This document shows, piece by piece, positions 19,882 through 29,002 of a stretch of 64,000 nt of DNA (positions within the stretch are counted from its first letter, which is position 1; each line of letters opens with the position of its first letter). Position numbers and translations under genes: made by a program. The DNA comes from an uncultured candidate division Zixibacteria bacterium. Its GTDB lineage: Bacteria > Zixibacteria > MSB-5A5 > GN15 > FEB-12. Location of the stretch: positions 35,488-99,487 of the forward strand of contig CAVQCT010000005.1 of NCBI GenBank assembly GCA_963711085.1, in the 5' to 3' direction. The notes beneath the pieces were generated by a model. The model did no database searches and had not been told where the DNA came from. It worked only from the letters and a program-made list of their open reading frames with translations.

Positions 19882-20574
19882 ATGATTTCTGCCCGCGTCG
19901 GAATCATGGCGGCGTTCAGCGTGCTGTTTTCGGTGGCCATAATCTCCCCGGGTTGCGGTGACAGCCGGACCGATAAAACCCAGGTGACCAATATCGATGG
20001 CAAGAAGTTCAATCGCCCACAGGCCGAAACGGAATACCGCCAGATACAGATGGAGCTGAGGCTCGCCAAAGCTGATGAGCTTTACCTGGTGCTCGATACG
20101 AAAGACAGGAAACTCGAGCTTCGGATGAAGGACGCGGTGGTCTGGAGTTATCCGATGAATTTTGCACCGGAAGATTCCACGAACGTGCGCGAGTTCATAA
20201 AGCGATTCCGGGGGAAGAAAAATAATCTGGTGCGAAGGCTCGTTGACAAACATCTGTTCTCGGCGTCGGAAAAGACGCCCGACTCGGTTCTTGCGATTGT
20301 CGGCGAGGCGGTACGGGTCGATCCATCGCACCTCCAGCGTGACATTCCCCAGCGGTTTCAGCTTTCATGGGGCGACGGGCTCATCCTTGAGGTGAGAACC
20401 GACGTCAGCGGTAAATCCGTCTCCGTACTGCAGAACGCCATCACCGAGTTGAGACAGGTAATCTCACAGCCGTTTGGCGAAGTCACGATCGTGTTGAAAA
20501 TAGATCCTACCGAGGCGCTCACCCTCTACCGGGCCGTTTCACCCGGTATGCCTACTTTGATCGATCCCACCTGA
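19882..20574 (+). CDS. hypothetical lipoprotein
   Basis: Internal Met of ORF 19798..20574. Signal MISARVGIMAAFSVLFSVAIISPGC. I recognise no family. Confidence 0.5.
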   Translation: MISARVGIMAAFSVLFSVAIISPGCGDSRTDKTQVTNIDGKKFNRPQAETEYRQIQMELRLAKADELYLVLDTKDRKLELRMKDAVVWSYPMNFAPEDSTNVREFIKRFRGKKNNLVRRLVDKHLFSASEKTPDSVLAIVGEAVRVDPSHLQRDIPQRFQLSWGDGLILEVRTDVSGKSVSVLQNAITELRQVISQPFGEVTIVLKIDPTEALTLYRAVSPGMPTLIDPT

Positions 20575-20667
20575 TGAATCTGTGGCCGCTTCATTTCTCC
20601 ATTCATCCGAACCGGAGCCGAACGGCTGTTGTTCTATTTATGCGAATAAACCCAGGGAGTAGTAGTA

Positions 20668-22549
20668 ATGGATGCACAGGTAATTAACGAATTTCTCAGT
20701 CATATCGAGCTGTTCAGGAATTTCGACGAGGCCGAGCGTAAATCATTCGTCTCCATTATGGAGATTCTCGAACTGCCTCCCGGCAGCATGCTGTTCGATG
20801 AGAACGAGCCGCGCCGCAATCTGTACATTATTTATCAAGGGGAACTCGAGCTGTTTAAGCGGTCAGCATTCGGCGAAGAGCGTCGGCTCCTGCTGTTCCG
20901 ACAGGCGGACTTCGTGGGCGAAGGTGCGTTGCTGGACGATTACCCGCACTCGACCTCGGCACGGGCGGTGGTCGGCACGACCGTGTTCGCGGTAAGTCGG
21001 GCCCAGTTCATGAAACTCTGCCAGGGCACTCCCGCGGTGGGGATGAAGTTCCTTTCGCGGGTGGCACGGGTGATGTCCCGGCGGATGCGCCAGGCCTCGA
21101 CCGGCATTGTCAACGTCGCCGAACAGTACGTCTCAGGAAAAACCCGGGTCGAGCATGACCTGCTCGGCGAACGCGAGGTGCCATCGGATTACTATTACGG
21201 CATTCAAACGCTGAGAGGACTCGAGAACTTCAATATCAGCGGTGTTTCACTCACCCGTTATCCGGTGTTGATCAATTCGCTGGCGATGGTGAAACTGGCG
21301 GCCGCTAAGGCAAACTACGAGCTGGGAGAGCTGCCGAAGCCGATTGCCGATGCTATTATTCAGGCGTGCGAGGATATTATCGGCGGGAAGCTGCATACTC
21401 AATTCGTGGTCGATATGATCCAGGGGGGCGCCGGAACCTCGACAAACATGAACGCGAATGAGGTGATCGCCAACCGTGCTCTCGAAATTCTCGGGTATCA
21501 GCGCGGCGACTACGCCCATTGTCACCCGAACAACCATGTGAACCTTTCGCAGTCGACCAACGACGCCTATCCGACTTCGCTGAAGATTGCGCTTATCCAG
21601 GCAAACGAATCACTGATTGCGGTGCTTCGGCAGTTGACCGAGTCTTTCCATGTGAAAGCATACGAATTCCGAGATGTCATCAAAATGGGGCGGACGCAGC
21701 TTCAGGACGCCGTACCGATGACACTGGGCCAGGAGATGGAAGCGTATGCCGTGACGCTCGAAGAAGAGATCGACCGGCTGACGCAGAATGTGAATCTGTT
21801 CCTCGAAGTCAATATGGGCGGAACGGCGATAGGCACCGGGATCAACGCCGACGCCGAGTATCCGAGAGTCGTGATCAAGCATCTTCGGGAAGTGACCGGG
21901 CTCGACCTGAAATCGGCGCACAATCTGGTCGAAGCGACCCAGGACACCGGCGCCTTCGTCATGTATTCATCGGCGATCAAAGCGGCTGGCCGTCAAACTC
22001 TCGAAAATATCGAACGATCTCCGGCTGCTTTCATCCGGACCGCGGGCAGGGATAAACGAGATCAATCTCCCGCCGATGCAGCCCGGCTCCTCGATCATGC
22101 CGGGCAAAGTCAATCCAGTGATACCCGAAGTAGTGAATCAGATAGCATTCAAAGTGATCGGGAACGATCTGACCGTTACGCTCGCGGCCGAGGCCGGGCA
22201 GCTCGAATTGAATGTCATGGAGCCGGTGATCGCCCAGAGCATATTCGAATCGATCGAGATGCTCAAGAACGGGATGATGACGCTTAAGTATCGCTGTATC
22301 GACGGCATAACCGCTAACGAGGAGCGTTGCCGCAAACTGGTCGAGAACAGTATCGGTCTGGTCACGGCGCTGAATCCGGTGCTGGGATACGAAATGTCGA
22401 CGACGCTGGCGAAGGAGGCACTCCTGAATGATCGGAGCGTCTATGACCTGGTGCTGGAGAAGCAGCTGCTCACCCGCGATGAGTTGAATCAACTGCTGGC
22501 ACCGGAAAATATGATCCGGCCGGGAATGAACAACAAGAAGAAACGGTGA
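20668..22549 (+). CDS. aspA: cyclic-nucleotide-binding domain fused to aspartate ammonia-lyase, frame-broken at ~21982
   Basis: aa 1-~150 form a CAP_ED-type cNMP domain ([21 protein letters not shown]). The rest aligns by eye to AspA ([62 protein letters not shown]). Skipping one base after ..SSAIK restores [37 protein letters not shown]. Confidence 0.85.
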
Positions 22550-22555
22550 CGATTG

Positions 22556-24148
22556 CTACGAGATCTCTTCGAGCGGATATTCTTTCAGCAGAAGCTGCCG
22601 GGTGAATTCGTATAGATTCTGACCGAGCGATACTTTGTAGGGGGTTGGATTCAGCATGCGAAGATGATCCGGACGGAGCTGGCGAAGCTGTGTACCCACT
22701 CGCTGTCGGATCTCTTCCAATGACGGCTGCGGAGCGATATCTTTACCATCCCACACCAGACTATGCAGCTTTTCGACCTTCTGAGGAGTGACATAGGTCC
22801 GTTTGGCTTCCTCGTTCGGATGACAGCAGAGGATTCGCTCGTTCGGTTGGGGGGCGGGTTCATCGACTCCCAGCATGATGTCGGCCAGGGGATACCCGGC
22901 TTTGCCGTAGAGGCGATACGCCGCTTTGCGACCGGGAATCGTGATCTTTGCGGTGTCCTGTGACAGTTTAATTCGAGGCTCCCCGTTTACCTCGACCAAT
23001 TTGTAGACGCATCCAAGGGAGGGCTGCGACTGGCACGTCACCAGGTGAGTTCCGACACCGAATATATCGATCTCGTGTTTTTGCTGATTCAGCGAGTAGA
23101 GAGTCGGTTCGTTGATTTCGTTGCTGGCGACGATCTTCAGGTCTGCAAACGGGACCTTGAACCGAGTGCTTATGTCTTTGAATACCTGCCGAACCGCTTT
23201 GGACAGGTGGGCAAGGTCGCCTGAGTCAAGACGGATGCCTACCGGCTGATAGCCGAATTGATGAAGGGCCAGGGCAACACAAACAAAATTCTTCACTCCG
23301 GATTTCAAAGTATCGTAGGTGTCGACCAGAGCGAGGAAATTATCGGGGAATGCTTGCGCGTATGCAATGAAAGAGGCCAACTCGCCTTCGTTGGTATCCG
23401 GGAAATTGAGCTCGTTCCGATAGCTCAATACGGCCGCAACGAAGTCGCCCTCTTTTCCTGATTTGTCTTTCAAGGATCTGCCCTTCACATCGTTCAGATC
23501 GAAGAACGAAGAGACAAAAGCGTGCGCCTGCGTTCCGCTGATGGGTATCGAGTAGAGCTGGCCGGCCAGAACATTGGAAGTTCCGTCGAAACCGCCCAGG
23601 TAACTGTAGTGCGAAGCCGATACGGCGCCATCGGGCCCTTGCGCACGCCGGAGACCGAACTCGACAAGCGTTTTGCCTTCGCCGGCGGCCATCTTCATGC
23701 GGGCGGCATTGGTCGCCACCAGACTCGGATAGCTTACCAGGTTCAGGAGGGCACTTTCGAGTAGCTGCGCGACACCGAGCGGCCCCTCGATCCGGAGCAT
23801 CGGCACCCTCGGAAAGACCACACTTCCCTCGGCGATTGAGTAGATCCTGACTTCGGAACAGTCGATATTCCGCAGCCATTCCCGAAACGGTTCATCGCAA
23901 TGCGGCATCATCGAACAGATATAGCGGATATCATCGTCGCTGAATTCAAAATCACGAACGAATCGGAGAACTTCCGAGAGGCCGGCAAAGATCGTGAACT
24001 CACCGCCAAACGGATTCTTGCGGAAATACAAATCAAATATTGCCCGGTCGTTGCTCTTGCCGCTCTTGAAATAGGCATAGGCCATCGTCAACTCATAGAA
24101 GTCAGTCAGGAGTGCGCGCTTGAACTCGTTTCTCGGTCTTGAACTCAA
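22556..24148 (-). CDS. pncB: nicotinate phosphoribosyltransferase (long, ~530-aa type)
   Basis: ALLTDFYELTMAYAYF at the N-terminus, with length and overall pattern of NAPRTase. The TTG start overlaps the pncA stop (TTGA). Confidence 0.85.
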   Translation of the reverse strand: MSSRPRNEFKRALLTDFYELTMAYAYFKSGKSNDRAIFDLYFRKNPFGGEFTIFAGLSEVLRFVRDFEFSDDDIRYICSMMPHCDEPFREWLRNIDCSEVRIYSIAEGSVVFPRVPMLRIEGPLGVAQLLESALLNLVSYPSLVATNAARMKMAAGEGKTLVEFGLRRAQGPDGAVSASHYSYLGGFDGTSNVLAGQLYSIPISGTQAHAFVSSFFDLNDVKGRSLKDKSGKEGDFVAAVLSYRNELNFPDTNEGELASFIAYAQAFPDNFLALVDTYDTLKSGVKNFVCVALALHQFGYQPVGIRLDSGDLAHLSKAVRQVFKDISTRFKVPFADLKIVASNEINEPTLYSLNQQKHEIDIFGVGTHLVTCQSQPSLGCVYKLVEVNGEPRIKLSQDTAKITIPGRKAAYRLYGKAGYPLADIMLGVDEPAPQPNERILCCHPNEEAKRTYVTPQKVEKLHSLVWDGKDIAPQPSLEEIRQRVGTQLRQLRPDHLRMLNPTPYKVSLGQNLYEFTRQLLLKEYPLEEIS

Positions 24149-25164
24149 AGTTTGATCCCGGGCCAGTTGGTTATCGGATCTTTGGAAGATACCAGATGCG
24201 CACCGGCCTGCGCAAACTGTTTGTAAGCGGTTTCGGCGTCATCGGTGAAATCATACCCTCCCTCGATGACAACCGGAGAGGTGCAGTCCTCCAGCAAGTA
24301 AACGCGGTTGGCAAACGTGTCGTCATGTTTCGAAGCCCGTTCAAGTAAGTCCCGAACGGTCCAGGCGACACAATGGCTCTTGGCTTGCCCGGCGATTACG
24401 ATATGATCGTACTCAAGCAGGCGTTCCAGAAAACGGTCATTTGGCTCGGCAATGACCTGTCCCCGATCGTCCCGGGTAACTTCGGGAGCAAGCACCGAGT
24501 AGTTTTCGGTCAGCGGACGATTCCCCTTGGTCAGAAACTCCGCCTGATCCTGCCGGGCGATGTTGTGAAAAAAGACAGCTTCATGGATTGCCGGTACCAG
24601 AGCATGGTCGATGCCACCGAGGATGACGTGGTACGGCCAGACCATTAACTGAAATTTGCCGGTCTGCTCCAAAGTACGGGTGTAGTGAAGCAGGTATCGA
24701 TGCAGGTTGGCATCCCCCGACGGCAGCCCCAGATCCTGAGCGACCACCGGATCGATTCGCCATTTACCCTCTGCGACCTCAGCCGACGATATCAACGTGA
24801 ACGGGGCAGGGTGATTGTTGTTCGCATCGAGCAGAAAGGCGGGGTGAAAAATCTGCATCGCTTTATGCGTGTCCAGCGACAGGAAGATCCGCGTCAGGTG
24901 ATTCAAGTTGCGGTAGATGAACTCACAGATCCGACGGCTGTCCTGCACCGCACCATCGCCGGAACGTCCGCTCACAAAGAGGGAAAAGCCGGGAGTGCAG
25001 AAGCTGTTCTGACAGTCAATCAGAACCAGGGCGATGCCGGGACGGTCGTAGACTGCTGCTCGGATCTGCTGCTCGGTCCTCCATCTACGGGCTGCATCCG
25101 CGACGGCCTGGTAGTCGATCGGGCGGATTGTAGCGATGCCTTCCGGGTCGAAGAACTCCGGCAT
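24145..25164 (-). CDS. pncA: isochorismatase-family cysteine hydrolase, nicotinamidase-like
   Basis: LVLIDCQNSFC .. AGQAKSHCVAWTVRDL (catalytic Cys context). Start taken at Met 25164 (MPEFFDPEG), because the longer ORF to 25323 overlaps the upstream gene. Translationally coupled to pncB. Confidence 0.7.
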   Translation of the reverse strand: MPEFFDPEGIATIRPIDYQAVADAARRWRTEQQIRAAVYDRPGIALVLIDCQNSFCTPGFSLFVSGRSGDGAVQDSRRICEFIYRNLNHLTRIFLSLDTHKAMQIFHPAFLLDANNNHPAPFTLISSAEVAEGKWRIDPVVAQDLGLPSGDANLHRYLLHYTRTLEQTGKFQLMVWPYHVILGGIDHALVPAIHEAVFFHNIARQDQAEFLTKGNRPLTENYSVLAPEVTRDDRGQVIAEPNDRFLERLLEYDHIVIAGQAKSHCVAWTVRDLLERASKHDDTFANRVYLLEDCTSPVVIEGGYDFTDDAETAYKQFAQAGAHLVSSKDPITNWPGIKL

Positions 25165-25225
25165 GGGTAGTTCATGGTTGTCCAAAAATGGGTCCTGCCT
25201 TTTCGGTATTGTTAGTCCGACCGGA

Positions 25226-26002
25226 TTATTTGAAAATTTCGCTGAAGAAGTCCTGCATCGCCTGCCATGACCGGTGATCGGCTGCTTCGTTGTAGGCGAC
25301 GCCCCGCGATGGATCGTCGCCATTGCCGGCGTTGGTAAAGCCGTGCACCGCGTGACCGTAGGCGGTCAGATACCAGTCAACACCGGCATCGTCCATTTCT
25401 TTCTCGAATGCGTTTACTTGATCGGGACCGCAATGCGGATCATCGGCGCCGCACAAGGCAAGCACTTTCCCTTTGATATTTTTCGCATCGTCCGGATTCG
25501 GTGTGTCAAGATTGCCGTGGAAACTTACCACCCCTTTGACATCGGCGCCGCTTCGCGCGAGTTCGAGCACCACCCCGCCACCAAAACAATATCCAATGGC
25601 CGCGACCTTTGAAGAATCGACAAGATTCGATTCGAGCAGTCGGTTCAATCCTGCGGTCACCCGTCTTCGCATCAGTTGGCGGTCACTTCGATAAATAGTA
25701 GCCTGCTGCCCGGCCTCCTGAGAGTTCTTGGGGCGGATCCCCTTTCCGTACATATCGACTGCGAAAGCAACATAACCGAGCTTGGCCAGCATCTCGGTGC
25801 GCATTTTGGCATAGTCGTTCAATCCGGTCCATTCATGTACTACCAGGACACCGGGTCGTTTTCCCTTGATAGCAGGATCATACGCCAGGTACCCTTCAAG
25901 GACAGTGCTTCCGTCGTTGTATTCAATGGTTTCGGTCTTGACTTCGGAGTGGGCGCTCGCTACAAGCATGAATGGCAGCACCAGCGACAACATGAACTTC
26001 AT
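25226..26002 (-). CDS. dienelactone hydrolase-family protein, secreted
   Basis: Signal peptide MKFMLSLVLPFMLVASAHS. Motifs VVHEWTGLNDY and the nucleophile elbow GYCFGG. Confidence 0.8.
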   Translation of the reverse strand: MKFMLSLVLPFMLVASAHSEVKTETIEYNDGSTVLEGYLAYDPAIKGKRPGVLVVHEWTGLNDYAKMRTEMLAKLGYVAFAVDMYGKGIRPKNSQEAGQQATIYRSDRQLMRRRVTAGLNRLLESNLVDSSKVAAIGYCFGGGVVLELARSGADVKGVVSFHGNLDTPNPDDAKNIKGKVLALCGADDPHCGPDQVNAFEKEMDDAGVDWYLTAYGHAVHGFTNAGNGDDPSRGVAYNEAADHRSWQAMQDFFSEIFK

Positions 26003-26214
26003 GAAACCTCCTTATTTTGATTTAATAACAACCTAAGGGCGGGCCGAAGTTCTGGATTTCCATTTGGCTGCAGAGTGATGGATGCGATCGGACACGAGGT
26101 GGGGCATCGCGTTGTTTTCGCTTGCCTGAACTGAAGAATCGCCTATACTGGAGACAGTAGGCAGCCAAGAAATATTAGTTCGACAGGAAGATGTGAGAGC
26201 GGAGGAGGCAAGGC

Positions 26215-26733
26215 ATGTTTCTGCGGGGTTTCGGAATCATCATGTTTTTTTCATTGGTACTGACGGCTGGAGTATGGGCCGGGGATCAGGAAATAACGCT
26301 CAAGAAGTCGTTCTGGTCAGGCTGGCAGTATTCGGTCGACGGTGTCCACTACGCTAATGTCGGTGTAAGTGCCGGAGAGTTGAAGCAGGTGGTCAACGGC
26401 AATCCGGATGCGGTGGCTCAGCTAGATTCGTACAAATCGAATAAGCTTGCTTCTGAAATCATCGGTATTCCCAGCGGATTGGCTGTGGGTTGGCCACTCG
26501 GCGCGGTGATAGCGGGAAGCGAATGGAAAGATGCGTATACCATCATGCTGGGCGTTGGAATTCCTTTGGGGGCAGTCAGCATGATTTTAGACGCCGCATC
26601 GACAAGACACTTGAAGAAAGCTGTCGATCTCTATAACGACACCGATTCGTCGGCCGCCAGGCGCATAAGTATCGAAGTATGTCAACTAGGGAGCACGAAA
26701 TCTCTTGGCGTAAGCCTGTCGTATTCGTTTTGA
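26215..26733 (+). CDS. hypothetical secreted/membrane protein, paralog A
   Basis: Signal peptide, then ITLKKSFWSGWQYSVDG.., one internal hydrophobic stretch, and C-terminal ..SLSYSF. Paralogous to the next gene. Confidence 0.5.
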   Translation: MFLRGFGIIMFFSLVLTAGVWAGDQEITLKKSFWSGWQYSVDGVHYANVGVSAGELKQVVNGNPDAVAQLDSYKSNKLASEIIGIPSGLAVGWPLGAVIAGSEWKDAYTIMLGVGIPLGAVSMILDAASTRHLKKAVDLYNDTDSSAARRISIEVCQLGSTKSLGVSLSYSF

Positions 26734-26757
26734 TCTGGGGCAGAGGAGGTTGAATAA

Positions 26758-27270
26758 ATGAAAGTGTGGGGTATTGCGCTGCTTATACTGGTTTCGCTGC
26801 TGGCCGGTCCGAGAGCTTTCGCACAAAAGATTACACTCAAAAAAAGTCTCTTTAGCGGCTGGATGTTCTCGACTGATTCTATCACCTATCTTCCGGTAGG
26901 GAGGAAAGCCGAAGGATTGCGCGAGGTGATGAAGGACGAGCCCGGAGCTCTAGAGCAACTCGACCACTACCAATCACACAGAGACCTGGGGAATTTTTTC
27001 ATGGTACCGGGGTTGGCTCTGACCGTGTTTCCGATCGGAAGAGCCTTCTACAAGAACGACTGGAAAGACGGCGGGACCAATCTCGTCAAAGTCGGATTTC
27101 CGTGCCTTGCGCTGGGAATTGCATTGAAAGGAATGAGTTCCGAAGCCCTCAAGAAGGCGGTGGCTATGCACAATAAGAACGAGGAACTGTTTCTGAGTCA
27201 CATCGATTTCGGATTTTCAGTCGACCGACAGTCCGGAACGCACAGGCTCCAGTTCACCTATTCATTCTGA
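26758..27270 (+). CDS. hypothetical secreted/membrane protein, paralog B
   Basis: Signal peptide, then ITLKKSLFSGWMFSTDS.. and C-terminal ..QFTYSF. Collinear similarity to 26215..26733. Confidence 0.5.
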   Translation: MKVWGIALLILVSLLAGPRAFAQKITLKKSLFSGWMFSTDSITYLPVGRKAEGLREVMKDEPGALEQLDHYQSHRDLGNFFMVPGLALTVFPIGRAFYKNDWKDGGTNLVKVGFPCLALGIALKGMSSEALKKAVAMHNKNEELFLSHIDFGFSVDRQSGTHRLQFTYSF

Positions 27271-27363
27271 GACATGGGGCAGGTTGACACCCTCTTGGGT
27301 GTCTACATCTTTAGTCGTGATGTCAACATGCAAGAGGGTGTTGTCCTACCGTCTTGGAATACT

Positions 27364-28275
27364 TCAGCCCTGGCCGGCTTCCTCGTCCGGGAGTTCGTTT
27401 GTGATGTCCAAAACGAGGCGCCACTTCCCATCCGCACCCCGCTTCCAGATGTGAAGATAGCTGCTGATCTGTCCCGGCTCTTCATCGCCGGCCGCCATTC
27501 TGATTTCCAGGGTACCGTAGGTATATCCCAGATCTCCGGACGAAGCAACCGCGGCGTGCGATGGGATCCAGTTGTAGATTCCACCTCTTGCGGTGAAAGC
27601 CGAATCAACCGCCATCAGTCCGAGCACCGGAAGACTCCGCTCACGATACATGCGAACAGAGTCGTCGGCAAACGCTCTGATCGCATCGCTGATGCCATCG
27701 CGGGCGGCAATGTCCGAGAAGCTTTCATCATGCGCGAGGAGGTCTTTGTCGACGCTCGCGGTGTCGACCGGCGATGAATCATGGAATGCCCCGTCCATGC
27801 TGGCATATCTGTTGAAGGATGAATCCGCGTTTACTTCCCGGCCGTGAGAGACACCGACATCAATGACCACTTCCCACTTTCCTCCCGTCTGGCGGTTCCA
27901 GACGGAGACATAGTCACCGTAGAGCGAGGGTTCCTCTCCCTTCTTACCGGAGAATTGCCACGGACCGGTGGTGTAACCAAAGTTGCCGTCGGAAGCGATA
28001 TCGCCAACCGAGGGGTACCAGGCGAGGATGCCCGGATTGTCCGGACGCTGCCGGTAGTACTGCTTGCCGTTGATCGGTTTCGGGCGGAACACGACCGCGT
28101 CATCGGACAAACAGGTGAGGAAAGCCTCTCTCATACTCTTCGTCTGGGAGAGGGTGGAGAAATTCCGTTCGGCTGAGACCAGACTGTTCAAAGCATCTCC
28201 GGTCGGTCGGATCTTGGATTCGGCTGGGGAAATCATAAGAACAACAACTCCAATCAACAGACTTAGTTTACGCAT
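27364..28275 (-). CDS. secreted protein with two NTF2-like (SnoaL/DUF4440-type) repeats
   Basis: Signal peptide followed by two internally similar halves (..GDYVSVWNRQTGGKWEVVIDV.. and ..SSYLHIWKRGADGKWRLVLDI..). Confidence 0.55.
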   Translation of the reverse strand: MRKLSLLIGVVVLMISPAESKIRPTGDALNSLVSAERNFSTLSQTKSMREAFLTCLSDDAVVFRPKPINGKQYYRQRPDNPGILAWYPSVGDIASDGNFGYTTGPWQFSGKKGEEPSLYGDYVSVWNRQTGGKWEVVIDVGVSHGREVNADSSFNRYASMDGAFHDSSPVDTASVDKDLLAHDESFSDIAARDGISDAIRAFADDSVRMYRERSLPVLGLMAVDSAFTARGGIYNWIPSHAAVASSGDLGYTYGTLEIRMAAGDEEPGQISSYLHIWKRGADGKWRLVLDITNELPDEEAGQG

Positions 28276-28417
28276 AGCAACTCCTGGTCGCGAGTGTTAA
28301 CGAAACGGCGCAGTTGTCGGCTGGACTGTTGTCACCTGGCGCGGGTACGCGAAGTCCCACCTGAATCATTATACTACGTAAATCCGGCCGCAATGTCACG
28401 CCGGAATTACATTCCGG

Positions 28418-28840
28418 TCAATTCTCACAAAGGGGGGTAAGGCCGGAGGCGGAAGTGAGCAAATCGACAATACGGGTATTGCGGAAAGAGGTTTCGATCA
28501 GGGCCGCCGCGTCATCGAGCTGCCGGTGCAGTGGACAGAGATTCTCACCGTGCTGTTTAAGCCCAAGGGGACAGGTCTTGATTCGCTTGATCGGATCGAC
28601 CGCGTTTACGACATCGAGGACGGTCATTCCGTCGGCCGACCGGGTAAGGGTGAAACCGCCGTTTAGTCCACGCTGGGAGACGACCAGACCAGCCCGTCCG
28701 AGGGCCTGAAGGACTTTAGACATATAGCCGGCCGGGACCCGGGCCATATCTGCTATTTCCTGACTGGTCAAGGACTTATTGGAGTTTCCTGCAAGACAAA
28801 CGATGGCCCTGAGTGCGTATTCGGCGGTCTGCGAAATCAA
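28418..28840 (-). CDS. Rrf2-family transcriptional regulator (NsrR-like)
   Basis: TTG start at 28840 sits 7 nt after AGGAGG. ISQTAEYALRAIVCLAG..SQEIADMARVPAGYMSKVLQAL is the wHTH region, and the C-terminal Cys cluster is CPLGLKQHGENLCPLH. It is divergent from qNOR. Confidence 0.85.
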   Translation of the reverse strand: MISQTAEYALRAIVCLAGNSNKSLTSQEIADMARVPAGYMSKVLQALGRAGLVVSQRGLNGGFTLTRSADGMTVLDVVNAVDPIKRIKTCPLGLKQHGENLCPLHRQLDDAAALIETSFRNTRIVDLLTSASGLTPLCEN

Positions 28841-28879
28841 ATTTTCTCCTCCTGATCGAGATAATTGGATATTTATATC

Positions 28880-28907
28880 TTGACATCTAATATAATGCCG
28901 ATATATT
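28880..28907 (+). promoter_or_regulatory. candidate sigma70-type promoter for the NO reductase gene
   Basis: TTGACA (28880-28885), 16-nt spacer, TATATT (28902-28907). A perfect palindrome TCGAAT-cta-ATTCGA follows at 28920-28934 and could be an operator. Confidence 0.45.
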
Positions 28908-29002
28908 GTTTTGTCAAGTTCGAATCTAATTCGAGCCATGTAGTCTATTATAGCCCGGCGTATCAATTGAGCCGGGTCCAGGAATACGGAAAGGAGATGG
29001 TC

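Noticed and set aside
25165-25323. N-terminal extension of the nicotinamidase-like ORF
   Set aside because: It overlaps the 3' end of the dienelactone hydrolase gene and has no family similarity. Met 25164 gives a sensible start.
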